From Verrucomicrobiales bacterium (GTDB lineage Bacteria > Verrucomicrobiota > Verrucomicrobiia > Verrucomicrobiales > V1-33): a DNA stretch of 58,708 nucleotides. The notes below the pieces were generated by a model, which saw only the letters and a list, made by a program, of their open reading frames with translations, made no database searches and was not told the DNA's origin. Within the stretch, counting starts at the first letter, position 1, and each line of letters opens with the position of its first letter. The stretch spans positions 1-58,708 of the forward strand of contig JANOAV010000001.1 of NCBI GenBank assembly GCA_031411295.1. The letters are read 5' to 3'. The position numbers and the translations under genes were made by a program. Below are positions 46,635 to 58,300 of the stretch, piece by piece.

Positions 46635-47457
46635 GGAGAAATTTATTGGCTTTCAGGGCTTCGGCATGAACTTCATCGAAGCTCGGAATGCGGTCGTCCC
46701 ACTCCAGCAGGGTGGCGGTGTGACCGCTCAAGCGGATGGCTTCGGCATACAGTGCCCAGACCGGATCTGGCACGGGATGGTCATGCGTATCCAGAATCAC
46801 TTTTTCATAACGGGTGTGACCGGCAATATGAATCTGCCCCACCCGATGATGCGGCACGCCGCGCACATAGTCCATGGGGTCGAAACCATGGTTCTCTGAG
46901 GAAACGTAGATATTATTGACATCCAGCAGCATCCCGCAGTCCGCACGCTCCACCACCTCGCTGAGGAATTCCCACTCGGTCATGTTGCTGTGCTGATACT
47001 CTGCGTAGCTGCTAACGTTTTCCACGCAGATGGGCACTTCCAGGAAATCCTGCGCCTGCCGCACTTTCTCTGCCGTGTGCTTGGCCACACCCATAGTATA
47101 GGGCATCGGCAGCAAATCATGCGTGTAGCGCCCATCCACACTGCCCCAGCAGAGGTGGTCAGACAGCCAAGGGGTGCCGGTGCGTTTGACCAACCGTTTG
47201 ATCTTTTGTAAATGGTCCCGATTCAACCGATCAGCCGAACCGAAATACATGGAGACACCATGTTGCACCACGCGATACTGTGCCAAGATCTGATCCAAAA
47301 TTTCCAACGGCCGTCCGCCCTCCACCATGAAATTTTCTGAAATGATCTCAAACCAGTCCACCACCGGCTTCTGACTTAAGATGTGCTGGTAGTGCGGAAC
47401 TCGCAGGCCAACGCCGATCCCGTAGTCCGTGAATCCGTTGAATTGGTTGGCTGGCAT
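46609..47457 (-). CDS. DUF692 multinuclear non-heme iron oxidative enzyme (MNIO, BufB/HvfB-like)
   Basis: FEIISENF, HGVSM, SDHLCW, DLLPMPY, ENVSSY, LLDVNN, IHIAGH, DTH, LLEWD. Confidence 0.95.
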   Translation of the reverse strand: MPANQFNGFTDYGIGVGLRVPHYQHILSQKPVVDWFEIISENFMVEGGRPLEILDQILAQYRVVQHGVSMYFGSADRLNRDHLQKIKRLVKRTGTPWLSDHLCWGSVDGRYTHDLLPMPYTMGVAKHTAEKVRQAQDFLEVPICVENVSSYAEYQHSNMTEWEFLSEVVERADCGMLLDVNNIYVSSENHGFDPMDYVRGVPHHRVGQIHIAGHTRYEKVILDTHDHPVPDPVWALYAEAIRLSGHTATLLEWDDRIPSFDEVHAEALKANKFLHDYVHAPA

Positions 47458-47484
47458 GGCGGTTTAAGAAATAAAGCAGAGACA

Positions 47485-47519
47485 ACTCCGGCCAAGAATG
47501 ATGCATCCTTGGCCGGAGT
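47485..47519. other. Intergenic 12-bp stem-loop between precursor and DUF692 genes
   Basis: ACTCCGGCCAAG / CTTGGCCGGAGT perfect inverted repeat. Confidence 0.7.
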
Positions 47520-47535
47520 GAAGTCGGGGGCTCAA

Positions 47536-47799
47536 TTAGAGGGCCAGAGTTTTGCAGCCGCCTTTGCCTTTGCAGGAGTTCTTACCTTTGCAGCCGTTGT
47601 CGCCAGATTTGCAGCCGCCCTTGCCTTTGCAATCATTCTTGCCTTTGCAGGTGTTCTCACCAGCGTTTACGCTCTTGGTGATGGCGGTTCCGGCTTTGAC
47701 TTGCGTCTTGCTGGAGGAATCCGTGGTGGTTTGGGAAGCATAGGCTCCGGAGAGTAACCCTGCGATGGCGGCACCTGCGATGATGGATTTAGTATTCAT
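47536..47799 (-). CDS. Cys-rich exported RiPP precursor (bufferin BufA2-like)
   Basis: Signal peptide, then CKGKNDCKGKGGC and CKGKNSCKGKGGC; upstream of DUF692. Confidence 0.85.
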   Translation of the reverse strand: MNTKSIIAGAAIAGLLSGAYASQTTTDSSSKTQVKAGTAITKSVNAGENTCKGKNDCKGKGGCKSGDNGCKGKNSCKGKGGCKTLAL

Positions 47800-47980
47800 G
47801 GAATTAGTATTTGTGTTTGGTTTGTTTAGAGTGACCAACCCCCCATCGAATGGGGCGGCTTCTCATGAGAGATAAGCTACCCAAATTTTATTCCCGATGA
47901 ATAGATAAATTATTTCCGCAACACCGGGCCAACCAGAGCATTCCGTGCGCCTTCCTCAGGCCATATTTCAAGATGTGGTA

Positions 47981-48865
47981 TCAAGGAGTCGTCAGCACCG
48001 CATCCTTGGTCGGCATGGCGGCAGGCAGGGGGATGGTCACTGCCCCCGTGGCCGCCCATTCGGTGCCCCGCTGCATGATGGCCCGGAAGCCAACGTCCTT
48101 CATGGAATAGTCTGCATGGCCCATGGCGGTGTGCATGACGCGGCCTTTACCGTAAGTTAGGGCCATGACCATCGGCTCATTGCGCTTGGTCTCTGGAGAA
48201 AAGGCCGATGCCAGCACGGTCATATTTTCCGCAGGTCCGCGCAGGCGATCGTAGAGTTCATCTTTGGCGTGCAGCCAGGCTTGGGGCATGCCCTTGGTGA
48301 TGGGGTGACTTTTTCCTGCATCACTTAGTTCCACCACGAACTCATGTTGCGCCCCGTGATGCCCACCAGCTCCAGGGCTGGTATCCTGCTGCGGCTTGCC
48401 ATCGGCTATGAAAACATAGGGGCCATGCTTCTCGTTGCGTCCGCCCCATCCGCCCAAGCCGATCATCTTGTTGTATTCCGCCCAGCCGGGAAACGAATTG
48501 TTGGCCGCATGAACACAAACGAAGCCGCCGCCGCCTGACAAATATTTCTCAAACGACATTTTCACCGCGATCGGCCACTCGGCTCCATTATAATTGCTCA
48601 CGACCACTTGGTATTTCGCGAAGTCTGGTTTCCATGTCTCCCAAGCGGACGCAGGCTCCTCTTTGGCGGGCGAGGTCACGACCGTTACGGTGAATTTACC
48701 GCTCTTCTCCAGCGCCTCTTTCAAGACCGGGGTTGTTTCCTTCCACTTGTGATTATTCTGGCCATCCACAAGCATCACTGACAGTTTTGCAGCCTCTTCA
48801 GCCGTAAGGAGGGTGGGGGAGCAGGAGAGGAGAAACGATAAGGAGAAAAAGTGGCGGAGTTTCAT
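47981..48865 (-). CDS. ThuA-like domain secreted protein
   Basis: [37 protein letters not shown]. Confidence 0.85.
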   Translation of the reverse strand: MKLRHFFSLSFLLSCSPTLLTAEEAAKLSVMLVDGQNNHKWKETTPVLKEALEKSGKFTVTVVTSPAKEEPASAWETWKPDFAKYQVVVSNYNGAEWPIAVKMSFEKYLSGGGGFVCVHAANNSFPGWAEYNKMIGLGGWGGRNEKHGPYVFIADGKPQQDTSPGAGGHHGAQHEFVVELSDAGKSHPITKGMPQAWLHAKDELYDRLRGPAENMTVLASAFSPETKRNEPMVMALTYGKGRVMHTAMGHADYSMKDVGFRAIMQRGTEWAATGAVTIPLPAAMPTKDAVLTTP

Positions 48866-48995
48866 GATGCCTGCCGATATCAAATAGAAGCGGCCCTGTC
48901 CAGCAAAAGTCCATTTGCCAGCCACCCTTTTGGCGTGACGTGCATGAGATTTCCGCTACGATCATGCAACCACACCATCTACCAAAGTTCTTTGC

Positions 48996-49775
48996 ATGTC
49001 CGACTTCCGCCTCTACTCCATCGCATTACTGCTGCTAGCTGGAATAAATTCCCTCCGGGCTGAGCCCCCCAAGGTAATTCACGCCTTCGTTGCGCTGTGC
49101 GATAACGCCTCCCAGGGCATTCAACCGGTGCCTGCGAAGATTGGGAATGGCGATGATCTGGTGGATAATCTGTATTGGGGCTGTGATGAGGCAATCGTCC
49201 CCTGTCTGACTCGAAGCAAAGATTGGCAGAAGGTCTCCCTCAGCAAGCCAGTGGGACAGGAAGTTATTCTGGTGCGGGCGATCTACCGCCATCCAGCCAC
49301 GGGCGGAATTTTGGTTGCCGATGCTTATCGGGGGAAGGAAATCAAGACTGCGCTAAAGGACTATTTTGCTGCGCTGGCAGGGAAGCTTGTGGTGGAAATT
49401 GAGGTGGCGGGCAAGAAGGTTGCCGCTGGCGGGCAGTCCGGGATGGTGGCTTATGTCGGACATGATGGCTTGATGGAATTTCGGGTCGAACCACCGCCGC
49501 GCGATCCCGCGAGACCTCCGGTGGTGGCCGTTTCCCTTTCCTGCATGAGCCGGGCGTATTTCATGCCGCATCTGGAGACGCTGCAGGTGAAGCCGTATTT
49601 GTTGACGACCCAACTCATGTATCCCGGCGGCTTCCTGCTCCAGGGGGCCGCAGAAAGCTGGCTGGCAGGGCTTGCGGGTGAACCCGTGCGAGCGCGGGCC
49701 GCCGCAGGCTACTCAAAGAACCAGGGGATCTCAGCTAAGAATGCTGCGAATGTCTTCTGGGTGCCAGAAAAATAA
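48996..49775 (+). CDS. Hypothetical exported protein
   Basis: Signal peptide; VALCDN..QGI.PVP..IGNG..NLYWG and YVGHDGLM motifs. Confidence 0.7.
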   Translation: MSDFRLYSIALLLLAGINSLRAEPPKVIHAFVALCDNASQGIQPVPAKIGNGDDLVDNLYWGCDEAIVPCLTRSKDWQKVSLSKPVGQEVILVRAIYRHPATGGILVADAYRGKEIKTALKDYFAALAGKLVVEIEVAGKKVAAGGQSGMVAYVGHDGLMEFRVEPPPRDPARPPVVAVSLSCMSRAYFMPHLETLQVKPYLLTTQLMYPGGFLLQGAAESWLAGLAGEPVRARAAAGYSKNQGISAKNAANVFWVPEK

Positions 49776-49806
49776 CGCCTACAGGTGCCTCGGTGCGTGA
49801 GCGACG

Positions 49807-50352
49807 CTACTTCGACTGGGCCTTGAGGATATCCAAGACGGATTTATTATCGTAAGTCAAATCGGTCAGGACGCCTCGTCCATTGAAAACGCGAACTTCC
49901 GCCACAATCCCTTTGTCGGATCGGATATGCTCTGCGAACCATTGGTCCGCTTGCGGGGCGAGTTTCTCGTTCAAGTAGAATCGGTCGAATGGCCATTCTA
50001 TCGTCGCGTGGTCTCCGAAAGCGTAACGGATTTTCACATCAAGGTAATCCCCACTCGTTGGAGGTGTGATGGAGAGGTTCCCTGGTTTGGCGAAGCCGTC
50101 GCTACCAACCGTCAATTCGACGAAAGCATTTTGGCCCATGGGCGCGCCGGCTGGGGGCATGGCAGAACTTTCCACTGGGCGCACCGCTAAATACCGACCT
50201 CGCAGCAAATCGTAGGGATCGGGTGCACTGCATTTGAATTTAAATAACGTGCCGTGGGAGATGGTGCGTTCGTGCCGCCAGATTTGCAAGAGAGGAGCAA
50301 TCCATTGGGCAAGCGCGATGGAGGCGAAGACTAGCCAAGGAAGAGGTTTCAT
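49807..50352 (-). CDS. GDYXXLXY domain protein
   Basis: DPYDLLRGRYL motif, FDRFYL.E; paired with DUF2157. Confidence 0.85.
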   Translation of the reverse strand: MKPLPWLVFASIALAQWIAPLLQIWRHERTISHGTLFKFKCSAPDPYDLLRGRYLAVRPVESSAMPPAGAPMGQNAFVELTVGSDGFAKPGNLSITPPTSGDYLDVKIRYAFGDHATIEWPFDRFYLNEKLAPQADQWFAEHIRSDKGIVAEVRVFNGRGVLTDLTYDNKSVLDILKAQSK

Positions 50353-51680
50353 GAAATAGTGTGAAGGGAGGTTTGCCGGCGGCGGCTCATGAAGAAGTTA
50401 AAGGCCAGAAAAGCCAGTCCCACGAGAAGAAAGATGCTACCCTTGGTTAGCAGCGATAAGTCACTGTCGCCCAGGCGCACGATAATAAGCAGGCAGAGTA
50501 ACAACGCGCCAAAACGTGGAGAGCCTCGTCGGCCCAGGAGATCGAGCACAATCAAGGTTAATCCGATGCCAAAAAGCTGCAGTGCGGCCAGCACCGACAG
50601 CAGGGCTCCCGAGGGCGGTTGCTGAGTTTGGAAAGGTAAAATCGCTAACGGAAGAAACGCCACCGAAGCAATGGCCAGCAGTGCCCAACGTTGCTTACCA
50701 ACAGCCAGCACAACGAACCCTCCAATCATTCCGAGCAAGCCCCAGGACCACCCGGTTTTCATGGCATAAGCAGCGCCCTGGAGGATGTCCTGACTCACCT
50801 CGCGAAAGGTGGCGGCCATTCCGTATCCCAGCACCCACAGTGCCCCGAGCACGACCTGCGGCTTCCGGCCGGTTGACCTTGCGATGCCCGCTGAACTCAG
50901 CGGCAGCAGCGTCATTCCTGCGGTGGTAAGAGTCATGAGCCACAGTGCGGCCGCAAGACTATCCTGCGGATATTCCCCTGGATTTCCCCGACATGCGAGG
51001 AATGCCGCACCGCCCAGCCCAAACAGAGCGCTGCCAGCCAGAACCCACCGCAATGCGACCGAGAGTGGCCGTTCTGCTTTCCATCCTGGCCAATAGGGAA
51101 ACAAACCCAATAGCAGCAGGGGGTAAAGGAATGCGCTCTGGTGCCAGGGAGCACCTCGGTCCGTCTGCGCCACCGCCCACACCGCAATGGCGACCAAGTA
51201 GAAGATGGCGACGGCCTCCGAGCGAAATACCCATACCAACGGTAGGCTCAGGAGAAACCACGCGAAGAGGAAGTCTGGCCAATCCCCGCCCAAATTATAA
51301 ATTTGGGACACCAGCAAGAGACAAGCCCCTGCGGCAAAGGCTTGGAGTAACGCCACCGATTCCCGCTTCCAAGTGGCGGCAGCGCTTCCAAGCCTGACCA
51401 CTCGCAAACTAAGAACCTGGGTGACCAGGAGTGGTAAAAAGGCAAAAAGCAACCGTGTGGGGCGGGAGAATTGATCCCAGTTATATCCGATGAGAGCAAT
51501 CAATCCGGTGCCCACCAGCAGTGCACCCAGCGCAGCCATAATCACGTGGGACACGCCTGCACCCCCATCGTCAGCGGCATATCGCTCTCTCAACGTCTGG
51601 GCCGCTGCAGATGAGATCAGGCCCTGTCGTTCCCATTCGGGAAGTTGTTGTAGTAGCCAGCGATTATTAGATGAATCCAT
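50349..51680 (-). CDS. DUF2157 membrane protein
   Basis: W.RQGLIS..A..L..RY, LGALL.G.G.I..I..NW, SQIYNL; many TM helices. Confidence 0.88.
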   Translation of the reverse strand: MDSSNNRWLLQQLPEWERQGLISSAAAQTLRERYAADDGGAGVSHVIMAALGALLVGTGLIALIGYNWDQFSRPTRLLFAFLPLLVTQVLSLRVVRLGSAAATWKRESVALLQAFAAGACLLLVSQIYNLGGDWPDFLFAWFLLSLPLVWVFRSEAVAIFYLVAIAVWAVAQTDRGAPWHQSAFLYPLLLLGLFPYWPGWKAERPLSVALRWVLAGSALFGLGGAAFLACRGNPGEYPQDSLAAALWLMTLTTAGMTLLPLSSAGIARSTGRKPQVVLGALWVLGYGMAATFREVSQDILQGAAYAMKTGWSWGLLGMIGGFVVLAVGKQRWALLAIASVAFLPLAILPFQTQQPPSGALLSVLAALQLFGIGLTLIVLDLLGRRGSPRFGALLLCLLIIVRLGDSDLSLLTKGSIFLLVGLAFLAFNFFMSRRRQTSLHTIS

Positions 51681-51796
51681 GAAAGTTATTTAACTTAGGA
51701 GGTCAGTCGTGAGCAATCGAATTAAATCACAACCATCAGCGCCCCTGAACCCGCAAAATAACCTTGCTTGCTGGGCGTGAGGCCGTAGGCAGAGGC

Positions 51797-52993
51797 ATGG
51801 TTAAACTTCATCGACATTTGGTGGCGGCGGTATGGGCGGGACTGGAGGAAATATTTACTCTGGGCACCGGGGCGGAGCGCGTGGTGGCGCAGGCCTTGCA
51901 GGGGCATCCCAAGTGGGGTTCACGTGATCGGCGGCAGTTTGCGGAGCAGGTCTATGAAATTGTGCGGCATCATCGCTGGGCGTGCCATTTGGCGGGCGAT
52001 ACCGCGCGGCCCAAGGTGTGGGCGGCTTGGTGGATGTTCCGCCAGCAAGAACCATTGGCGGAAGAATTTGCGGGAGAGTTGACATTGGAAATGATCAACG
52101 AGCGCGCTGCGGAGGACGTTCCGTTGGCGATTAAAGAATCCCTTCCCGAATGGCTCGCCCAGGCGGGAGCCGCCGCCTATGGCGACGCTTGGCCGCAGTT
52201 GGCCCACGCGCTCAACCAGCCCGCTCAGGTGTATGTGCGGGCGAATCGACTGCGAGCCTCAGTGACGGAGGTGCGACAAAATTTACAGGAAGAAGGCGTG
52301 GAAACAATCGTGGTCGCAGGCGCTGATGATGCGTTGCAAATGGAGGGTCGGCGGCCGCTGCAAAACTCCGGCACTTGGCGCATGGGTTGGTGTGAAATCC
52401 AGGATGCGGGCTCACAACAGATCGCGCCCTTTTTGAAAGTCTCTCCAGGACAGATGGTCATCGACGGTTGTGCCGGTGCGGGCGGCAAGGCGTTGCATCT
52501 GGCAGCCTTGATGCGGAATCAGGGCCGCTTGATCGCCATGGACGTCGTTCCCAACAAACTGCGCGAGTTGGAAACACGGGCACGTCGCAACGGAGTCTTG
52601 ATCACGGAAACCCAATTGCTGGATGCGGAATGGTCTCAGATCGGGAAATTCCACGATCAAGCGGATCGCGTTCTGCTCGATGTGCCGTGTTCCGGCACTG
52701 GGGTCTTGCGGCGCAAGCCGGATACCAAGTGGAGACTTACCGAAGCAGAAGTCTCCCGCCTCGTCGAGCTGCAAGCCAGTATCCTCAGGGCCTACAGCGC
52801 CATGGTGAAGCCTGGGGGAAAGTTAGTTTATGCCACTTGCTCAATCCTGCCGCAGGAAAACGAACAGCAGGTAGCGGCTTTCCTAACGCAGCAGGACGGG
52901 GCCTGGAAATTAGACGCCGAGCGTTGGGTGCGGCCAGACGTGGACGGCTGGGATGGTTTCTACATGGCCAGATTGCAGCGCACTGGCGGTTGA
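51797..52993 (+). CDS. RsmB/NOP family RNA m5C methyltransferase
   Basis: WGSRDRR, EIQDAGSQ, DGCAGAGGK, DVPCSGTG, YATCS, DGFYMA. Confidence 0.93.
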   Translation: MVKLHRHLVAAVWAGLEEIFTLGTGAERVVAQALQGHPKWGSRDRRQFAEQVYEIVRHHRWACHLAGDTARPKVWAAWWMFRQQEPLAEEFAGELTLEMINERAAEDVPLAIKESLPEWLAQAGAAAYGDAWPQLAHALNQPAQVYVRANRLRASVTEVRQNLQEEGVETIVVAGADDALQMEGRRPLQNSGTWRMGWCEIQDAGSQQIAPFLKVSPGQMVIDGCAGAGGKALHLAALMRNQGRLIAMDVVPNKLRELETRARRNGVLITETQLLDAEWSQIGKFHDQADRVLLDVPCSGTGVLRRKPDTKWRLTEAEVSRLVELQASILRAYSAMVKPGGKLVYATCSILPQENEQQVAAFLTQQDGAWKLDAERWVRPDVDGWDGFYMARLQRTGG

Positions 52994-53014
52994 AACTTAG
53001 CGTGATAAATCGTT

Positions 53015-54781
53015 GTGAGCATGCCGATTCTGACCATGATCAACTGCATGGAAACGCTCCCCCTCCAGTTTTCTAACGCTTGGCTGGCTTCTGCTGGTTT
53101 ACCGCCCACCTTTACCTTGCTGGCGATCTCCTTGCTTGGGGTCGTGTTGGTATCGCTCGTCTTGTTGAAATTTCGCCAATCACTGTTGTTGGCCTATTTC
53201 ATCTGCGGCATCGTGATTGCCAACAGCGGTATCATGACGCAGATGGGGCCGGAAGTGGCGGAGAATATTCCGCACCTGTCGGAGTTGGGAATCCTGCTCC
53301 TGCTGTTCACGCTGGGCATGGAATTTTCCTTGGGAGAACTGAGGTTTCTGCGCAAGCCCGCATTTCTTGGCGGCGGCTTGCAGGTCGCCTGCACGATGGC
53401 ATTGGCGATCTTGGGTGGTTGGGCCCTGCAACTTCAGGGAGCGCATCTGATCGTCTTCACGGTCTGTATCGCGCTGAGTTCCACGGCCATTAGCGTGAAG
53501 GTATTCCAAGACCGTGGCTTAACGACGAATCCGGGCGCGCGGTTCGCGTTGGCCGTCGCTATTTTCCAGGATCTTTTCATCATCGCGTTCCTGGTCTTGC
53601 TGCCCCTCTTGTTTCCCAGCGGTGGTCCGACCGGAAGTAAAGCCGTAGCCACGCAGTTAGGCTGGGTTGTCGTCAAAGGGGTGCTGTTCGTCGGAGCCGC
53701 ATTCGTTCTGGCTCGCTGGATTATTCCCCGCTTGCTGCATGCGGTGGCGCGGACGCGCAGTCGGGAGCTGTTCACCCTAACCGTGACTGGCCTTTGTCTG
53801 GGCGTGGCCTTGCTGGCGGGCGTGCTGGAATTGAGTCTCGCCCTCGGGGCCTTCGTGGCTGGGCTCGCGGTGAGTGAGAGCATTTACAAACACCGCATCC
53901 TTTCGGATATTTTACCGATTAAGGATCTCTTCCTAACCATGTTCTTTGTGTCGGTGGGCCTTATGATCGATCTTCCGGCAGCCATCCGTGCGGCTCCGGT
54001 CATCCTTGCGCTGGCGGCCGCCATTCTCTTGGTGAAGGGCGCGCTGGTCTTTGGTATTTCATGGAAACTTGGCTTACGCCCGAAGGCCGCCGTGTATGCC
54101 GCCACGGGTCTTGCCAGCGCGGGTGAGTTCTCGCTGGTGTTGACCCAGAAGGTCAATGCCATCAGTAGCTGGCCACCCGGCGTGGAACAAGTTTTGCTAG
54201 CGAGCATCGCGCTGTCCATGGGTATGGTGCCCGTGCTCATGGGCTTTGCCGACCGCCTGGGAGCCTGGATCGAGCCATTTTGCAAGAATCGCGAATTGAA
54301 GGGAAAGGAACTCTTGCCGCCTGCCAAGCGGGTGAAGAAACTTTCGGATCACGTCATCATCTGCGGCTTTGGCCCGGTGGGGAAAATGGTGCTCGCCAAC
54401 TTGGATCGACAGGGGATTGCCTCGGTGGTGATCGAGTTGAACGTGGATACCGTGAAGCAACTAACTGCCGCCGGACAGCCCGTCCTGTTTGCGGATGCCA
54501 AGCATGAGGAAACGTGGCTGCTGGCGGGAGTTCCGCGCGCCCGTCTCGTGGTCTTCACCTTTCCGGATGCCCACACCGTGGCCGAAGCGCTACCCGCCAT
54601 TCACGCGCTGAAGCCCGAAGTAGGCATCATCGCCCGCTGTAAATTTGCCTCCGATGCAGCCCGCCTGCGCGCCCTGGGTGTAAACGAAGTCATCCACGAT
54701 GAAGCCGAAAGCGGCCGTGCCATCACTCGCTCCGCTCTCGGAGTATTCGGGCAAGTGGATGATGGAGAATTTTCAAGTTAG
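53015..54781 (+). CDS. CPA2 cation:proton antiporter with TrkA-N (KTN) domain
   Basis: LLLFTLGMEFS, LSSTAI, FQD, ALGAFVAG, FFVSVG, GEFSLV, ICGFGPVG. Confidence 0.92.
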   Translation: MSMPILTMINCMETLPLQFSNAWLASAGLPPTFTLLAISLLGVVLVSLVLLKFRQSLLLAYFICGIVIANSGIMTQMGPEVAENIPHLSELGILLLLFTLGMEFSLGELRFLRKPAFLGGGLQVACTMALAILGGWALQLQGAHLIVFTVCIALSSTAISVKVFQDRGLTTNPGARFALAVAIFQDLFIIAFLVLLPLLFPSGGPTGSKAVATQLGWVVVKGVLFVGAAFVLARWIIPRLLHAVARTRSRELFTLTVTGLCLGVALLAGVLELSLALGAFVAGLAVSESIYKHRILSDILPIKDLFLTMFFVSVGLMIDLPAAIRAAPVILALAAAILLVKGALVFGISWKLGLRPKAAVYAATGLASAGEFSLVLTQKVNAISSWPPGVEQVLLASIALSMGMVPVLMGFADRLGAWIEPFCKNRELKGKELLPPAKRVKKLSDHVIICGFGPVGKMVLANLDRQGIASVVIELNVDTVKQLTAAGQPVLFADAKHEETWLLAGVPRARLVVFTFPDAHTVAEALPAIHALKPEVGIIARCKFASDAARLRALGVNEVIHDEAESGRAITRSALGVFGQVDDGEFSS

Positions 54782-55319
54782 GAATGTAAGTGAAAAAAGG
54801 CCCAGCGGGACCAGTTTGGCATCACTGCCGCAAAGCATTGTTTTGTTGGCTGTGCCGAGAGGATCGCCTCCCCCTCCTCTGGCAACTCATTCAACACATC
54901 TGGGATGAGGTTCTCTCGCGCTACTAAATGGCCCATCGTCCCACCATGCGCCCAGAGGCCATCACCCACGTCCATTGATACCTCCGTTCGGCTACGCCTC
55001 ACTCCGCGTCTTCCCTCCCCCATCCAGTTCCATCTGCAGCAGCAGCAGCAGAACCGACTCTTGCATGCCCATCGCCCGTCAACTAAACTGAAACCCAGTC
55101 AGTTCCATGTGTTACCTGTGTTCTGACCAAACCCAGAGGGGTCTATTGCCGCCTTTTTCCTTCTTCATTCGTTTTTTTTGCACCCCTTTCTCCCCAGTTT
55201 CGATCCCTCCCTGAAACAGCAAATTCCTATAAGATCAGACGTTTGCATCCCCGTCTCTTGAGCAACATTCTCGCGATTCCCCATCAAGCGCACATCTTCA
55301 TAAACCAACCTTCCCAAGC

Positions 55320-58300
55320 ATGACTCGTTTCAACCGCAGCATTAAATTTCTGGCAGCCATCTCCGGACTCGTCGCCATGGCTGGGTCTGTGATGGCGCAG
55401 ATCACCCTGGTCAATACCAGTTCTATGGTGTCGCCAGTGGCCGATGATCCCAAGACCGCGGTGCTGTCGTTCAATGCCGGTGCCACCGTGAACAAGCTGA
55501 TTGTCCAAGTCAGTGCGGAGGGCCAGGAGGTGGACTCGATCACCTATCAGGGAGTCGCCCTTACGCAAGCGGCCGCCGGCACCGCTAGCGGGCGCAACAA
55601 GGGAATCTTCTATCTGGACAACCCGTTCACCGGCGGTGTGGCCCAGCTCTCGGTCACCCTTGGAGTAGGCACATCTAACGGGATCGCCATCGGCGTGGTC
55701 TCGGTTGCCGGGGCCGCCCCCGGAGTCGCCGCCTCCGCCTTGGCCAATGGTGCACGCAGCGTGACACTGACGGTGCCGGTGTCCGGAAGTTTCGTGGTCG
55801 GTGGATATGCCGCCAATGGCACCGGCACGATCACGCTGCCCGCGGGCCACACGGCGATTTACAACTCCACCAACATCGGCTCCGCGAATGCCGCAGCGAG
55901 TTACGCCAATGCCCAGACCATCGGCTCAAAGACCTATTTTTATACCGACACCGGTGCATTGCCGGTGACGTCTGCCGCGGTCTTCGTGCCAGCCTCTGCC
56001 CCCCCGGAGATCACGAGCATCAGCCCGGCCGCCGGCGCGCTCGCCGTGCCGCCGGACGGCAATCTGGTGGCGACTTTCAGCGAGGCGGTGGTGGCCGGCA
56101 GTGGCAACATCGAATTGTGGCGGTCCGGCGGAACCTCCCCGGTCGAATCCTTCAATGTATCCACTTCCCCGCAGCTCTCATTTTCGGGACCGACCCTCAC
56201 CATTGATCCATCGGCAAACCTCGCTCCCAACACCTTCTACTACGTCTTGATCGCTTCCACGGCGGTCGTCGATACCTTCGGCGCCAAAGCGTTCGCGGGA
56301 ATCACGAGTCCCTCCACGTGGTCCTTCTCCACCGGCAACACCCCGCCGCTGGTGCCCACCTTCTCACCCAAGGACGACGCCTTCGGCGTGGCCTTGAATG
56401 CCAATCTTGTGGCGACCTTCAGCGAGATCATCCAGAAGGGGACCGGCAGCATCACCATCCGCAGGACCGACGGCACGGTGTTTGAAACCATCAACGTGAC
56501 CTCCACCGCCGTCACCTTGTCCGGAGGGAAGGTGACGATCAATCCCGTCAACAACTTCGTTGCCGGCGCTGGATACTATGTGCTCATCGACCCCACCGCG
56601 CTCCGCAACACCACCAGCCTGTATTACGCGGGCATTTCGGATCCCACCGTGTGGAACTTCACCGCGCTGCCAGACCTGGCCACGGTGGATGGACGGCTCA
56701 CCTGGATGATGCAGAATAACATCACCAACCCTTATCCCAGCACGACGAGTTCAGCGGGCCTGGCCTCCTATGCGCTGGCGGCCTTCCATCTTGGCACCGA
56801 CCTGGTGACCGCCAACGTTTACATCAACCAGTTCCACGACCAGTATCCGGTTCCGGACAGTGATACGATCGAATTCGACTCCTACTTCTGGCTGCACCTG
56901 GTCTGGCGAATCTACCATGATCCGGCGATGAATGCGCGGCTGACGCCGCAGGCTCGCGCCGACATTCTGGACATGATGTGGCTTTTCATCCGGACGCGCA
57001 GCAACACCAGCTACGCGCAGGGCGACTCCTGGATCTATCACGGCAGCGAGAACCACGACGCCATGCAGAAGGGTAGCTACCTGCTCTGCGCGGAGGCCCT
57101 CAAGGACGCGCCCGGCTACGGTCCTAACATGGTCCTCGCCGATGGGCAGACCCTCGCCCAGCACGCCACCGCATGGAGCGGCTATTTCCAACGCTACTTC
57201 ACCGCCCGCGCCGGAGAGGGCATCAATGCCGAGATCGCCAGCCCGATCTACGCCAAATACAGCGTCGGGGTTTACTACAACCTCATGGACTTGGCGGAAT
57301 CGCCGGTGCTGCGCACTCTGGCAAAACGCTTCATCACGCTGTATTGGGCGGACACCGCGTCGGACTGGACCCTGTCCGGGGTGCGGGGTGGTGGGGAGGC
57401 GCGCTGCTATAAGGACAACTACGTCCGTCTCGGCAGCCAGTATTCCTTCCGATCGCTGCTCTATGGCTATGGATGGCATGCCGCTTCCAGCACGGTCAGC
57501 ACCTATGGCCTGATTCCCGCCGCCAGTTCCTACCGGGTGCCCGCGCTCATCACCGCCTGCGCCGCCGCTCCCGCCCGCCCGAACTACCTCTACACCTCCC
57601 GCCGCTTTGGCCGCGATGGTGGCAGCGTCGGGGGTGGCAACTTAATCGGCTTCGACAGCGGCAACTCGAACCTGCGCCGCTACACCTGGGTCACGCCCGA
57701 TTATACCATGGGCACCCTGACCTTTGACATGAACCGGGATTACGTCCAGATCATCGACCAGAACCGCGCGATGGGTATGATGTTCGCCTCCGGTCCCAAT
57801 AACCGGGTGATGGTCTTTGGCAAAGGTTCCTCCTTCGACGATAAAAGTTACGCCGACCTCAACGGCGTGACCCGAACGAACTGCATGGTGGTGCAACGCG
57901 ACCCGAACGCCAATAGCACCGGCGACGGCACGCTGGTCTTCGTCCCGCAAGGCCTCTGGAACGCCCGCGTCGAGACCAGCGGCTGGCTATTCCTGCAAAG
58001 CGGCAATGCCTACTGCGCGGTTCGTCCGGCAAGCGGCGGTTACACCGCAACGACCGCCTCACAAGGAGTGGATCTTTCTCTGGGAAACATCTGGGCGCCG
58101 GTGATCATCCAGATGGGCCAAAAGGCGAACTATGTGGACTTCGCCGCGTTCCAGGCTTCTGTGATCGCCAACGCGCTGACCTTCGTTACCAACACGCTCA
58201 ACTACACCAGCGAGGCCGGCGATACCTTCACTTTCTACGCCAACAGCAAAACCACCCCGCGGGTGAACGGAACCACCGTGAACCTCAACCCGACCAAGAC

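Noticed and set aside
54782..55319. Short ORFs and (CAG)5 tract upstream of the last gene
   Set aside because: No protein-like signal; the microsatellite is too short to interpret
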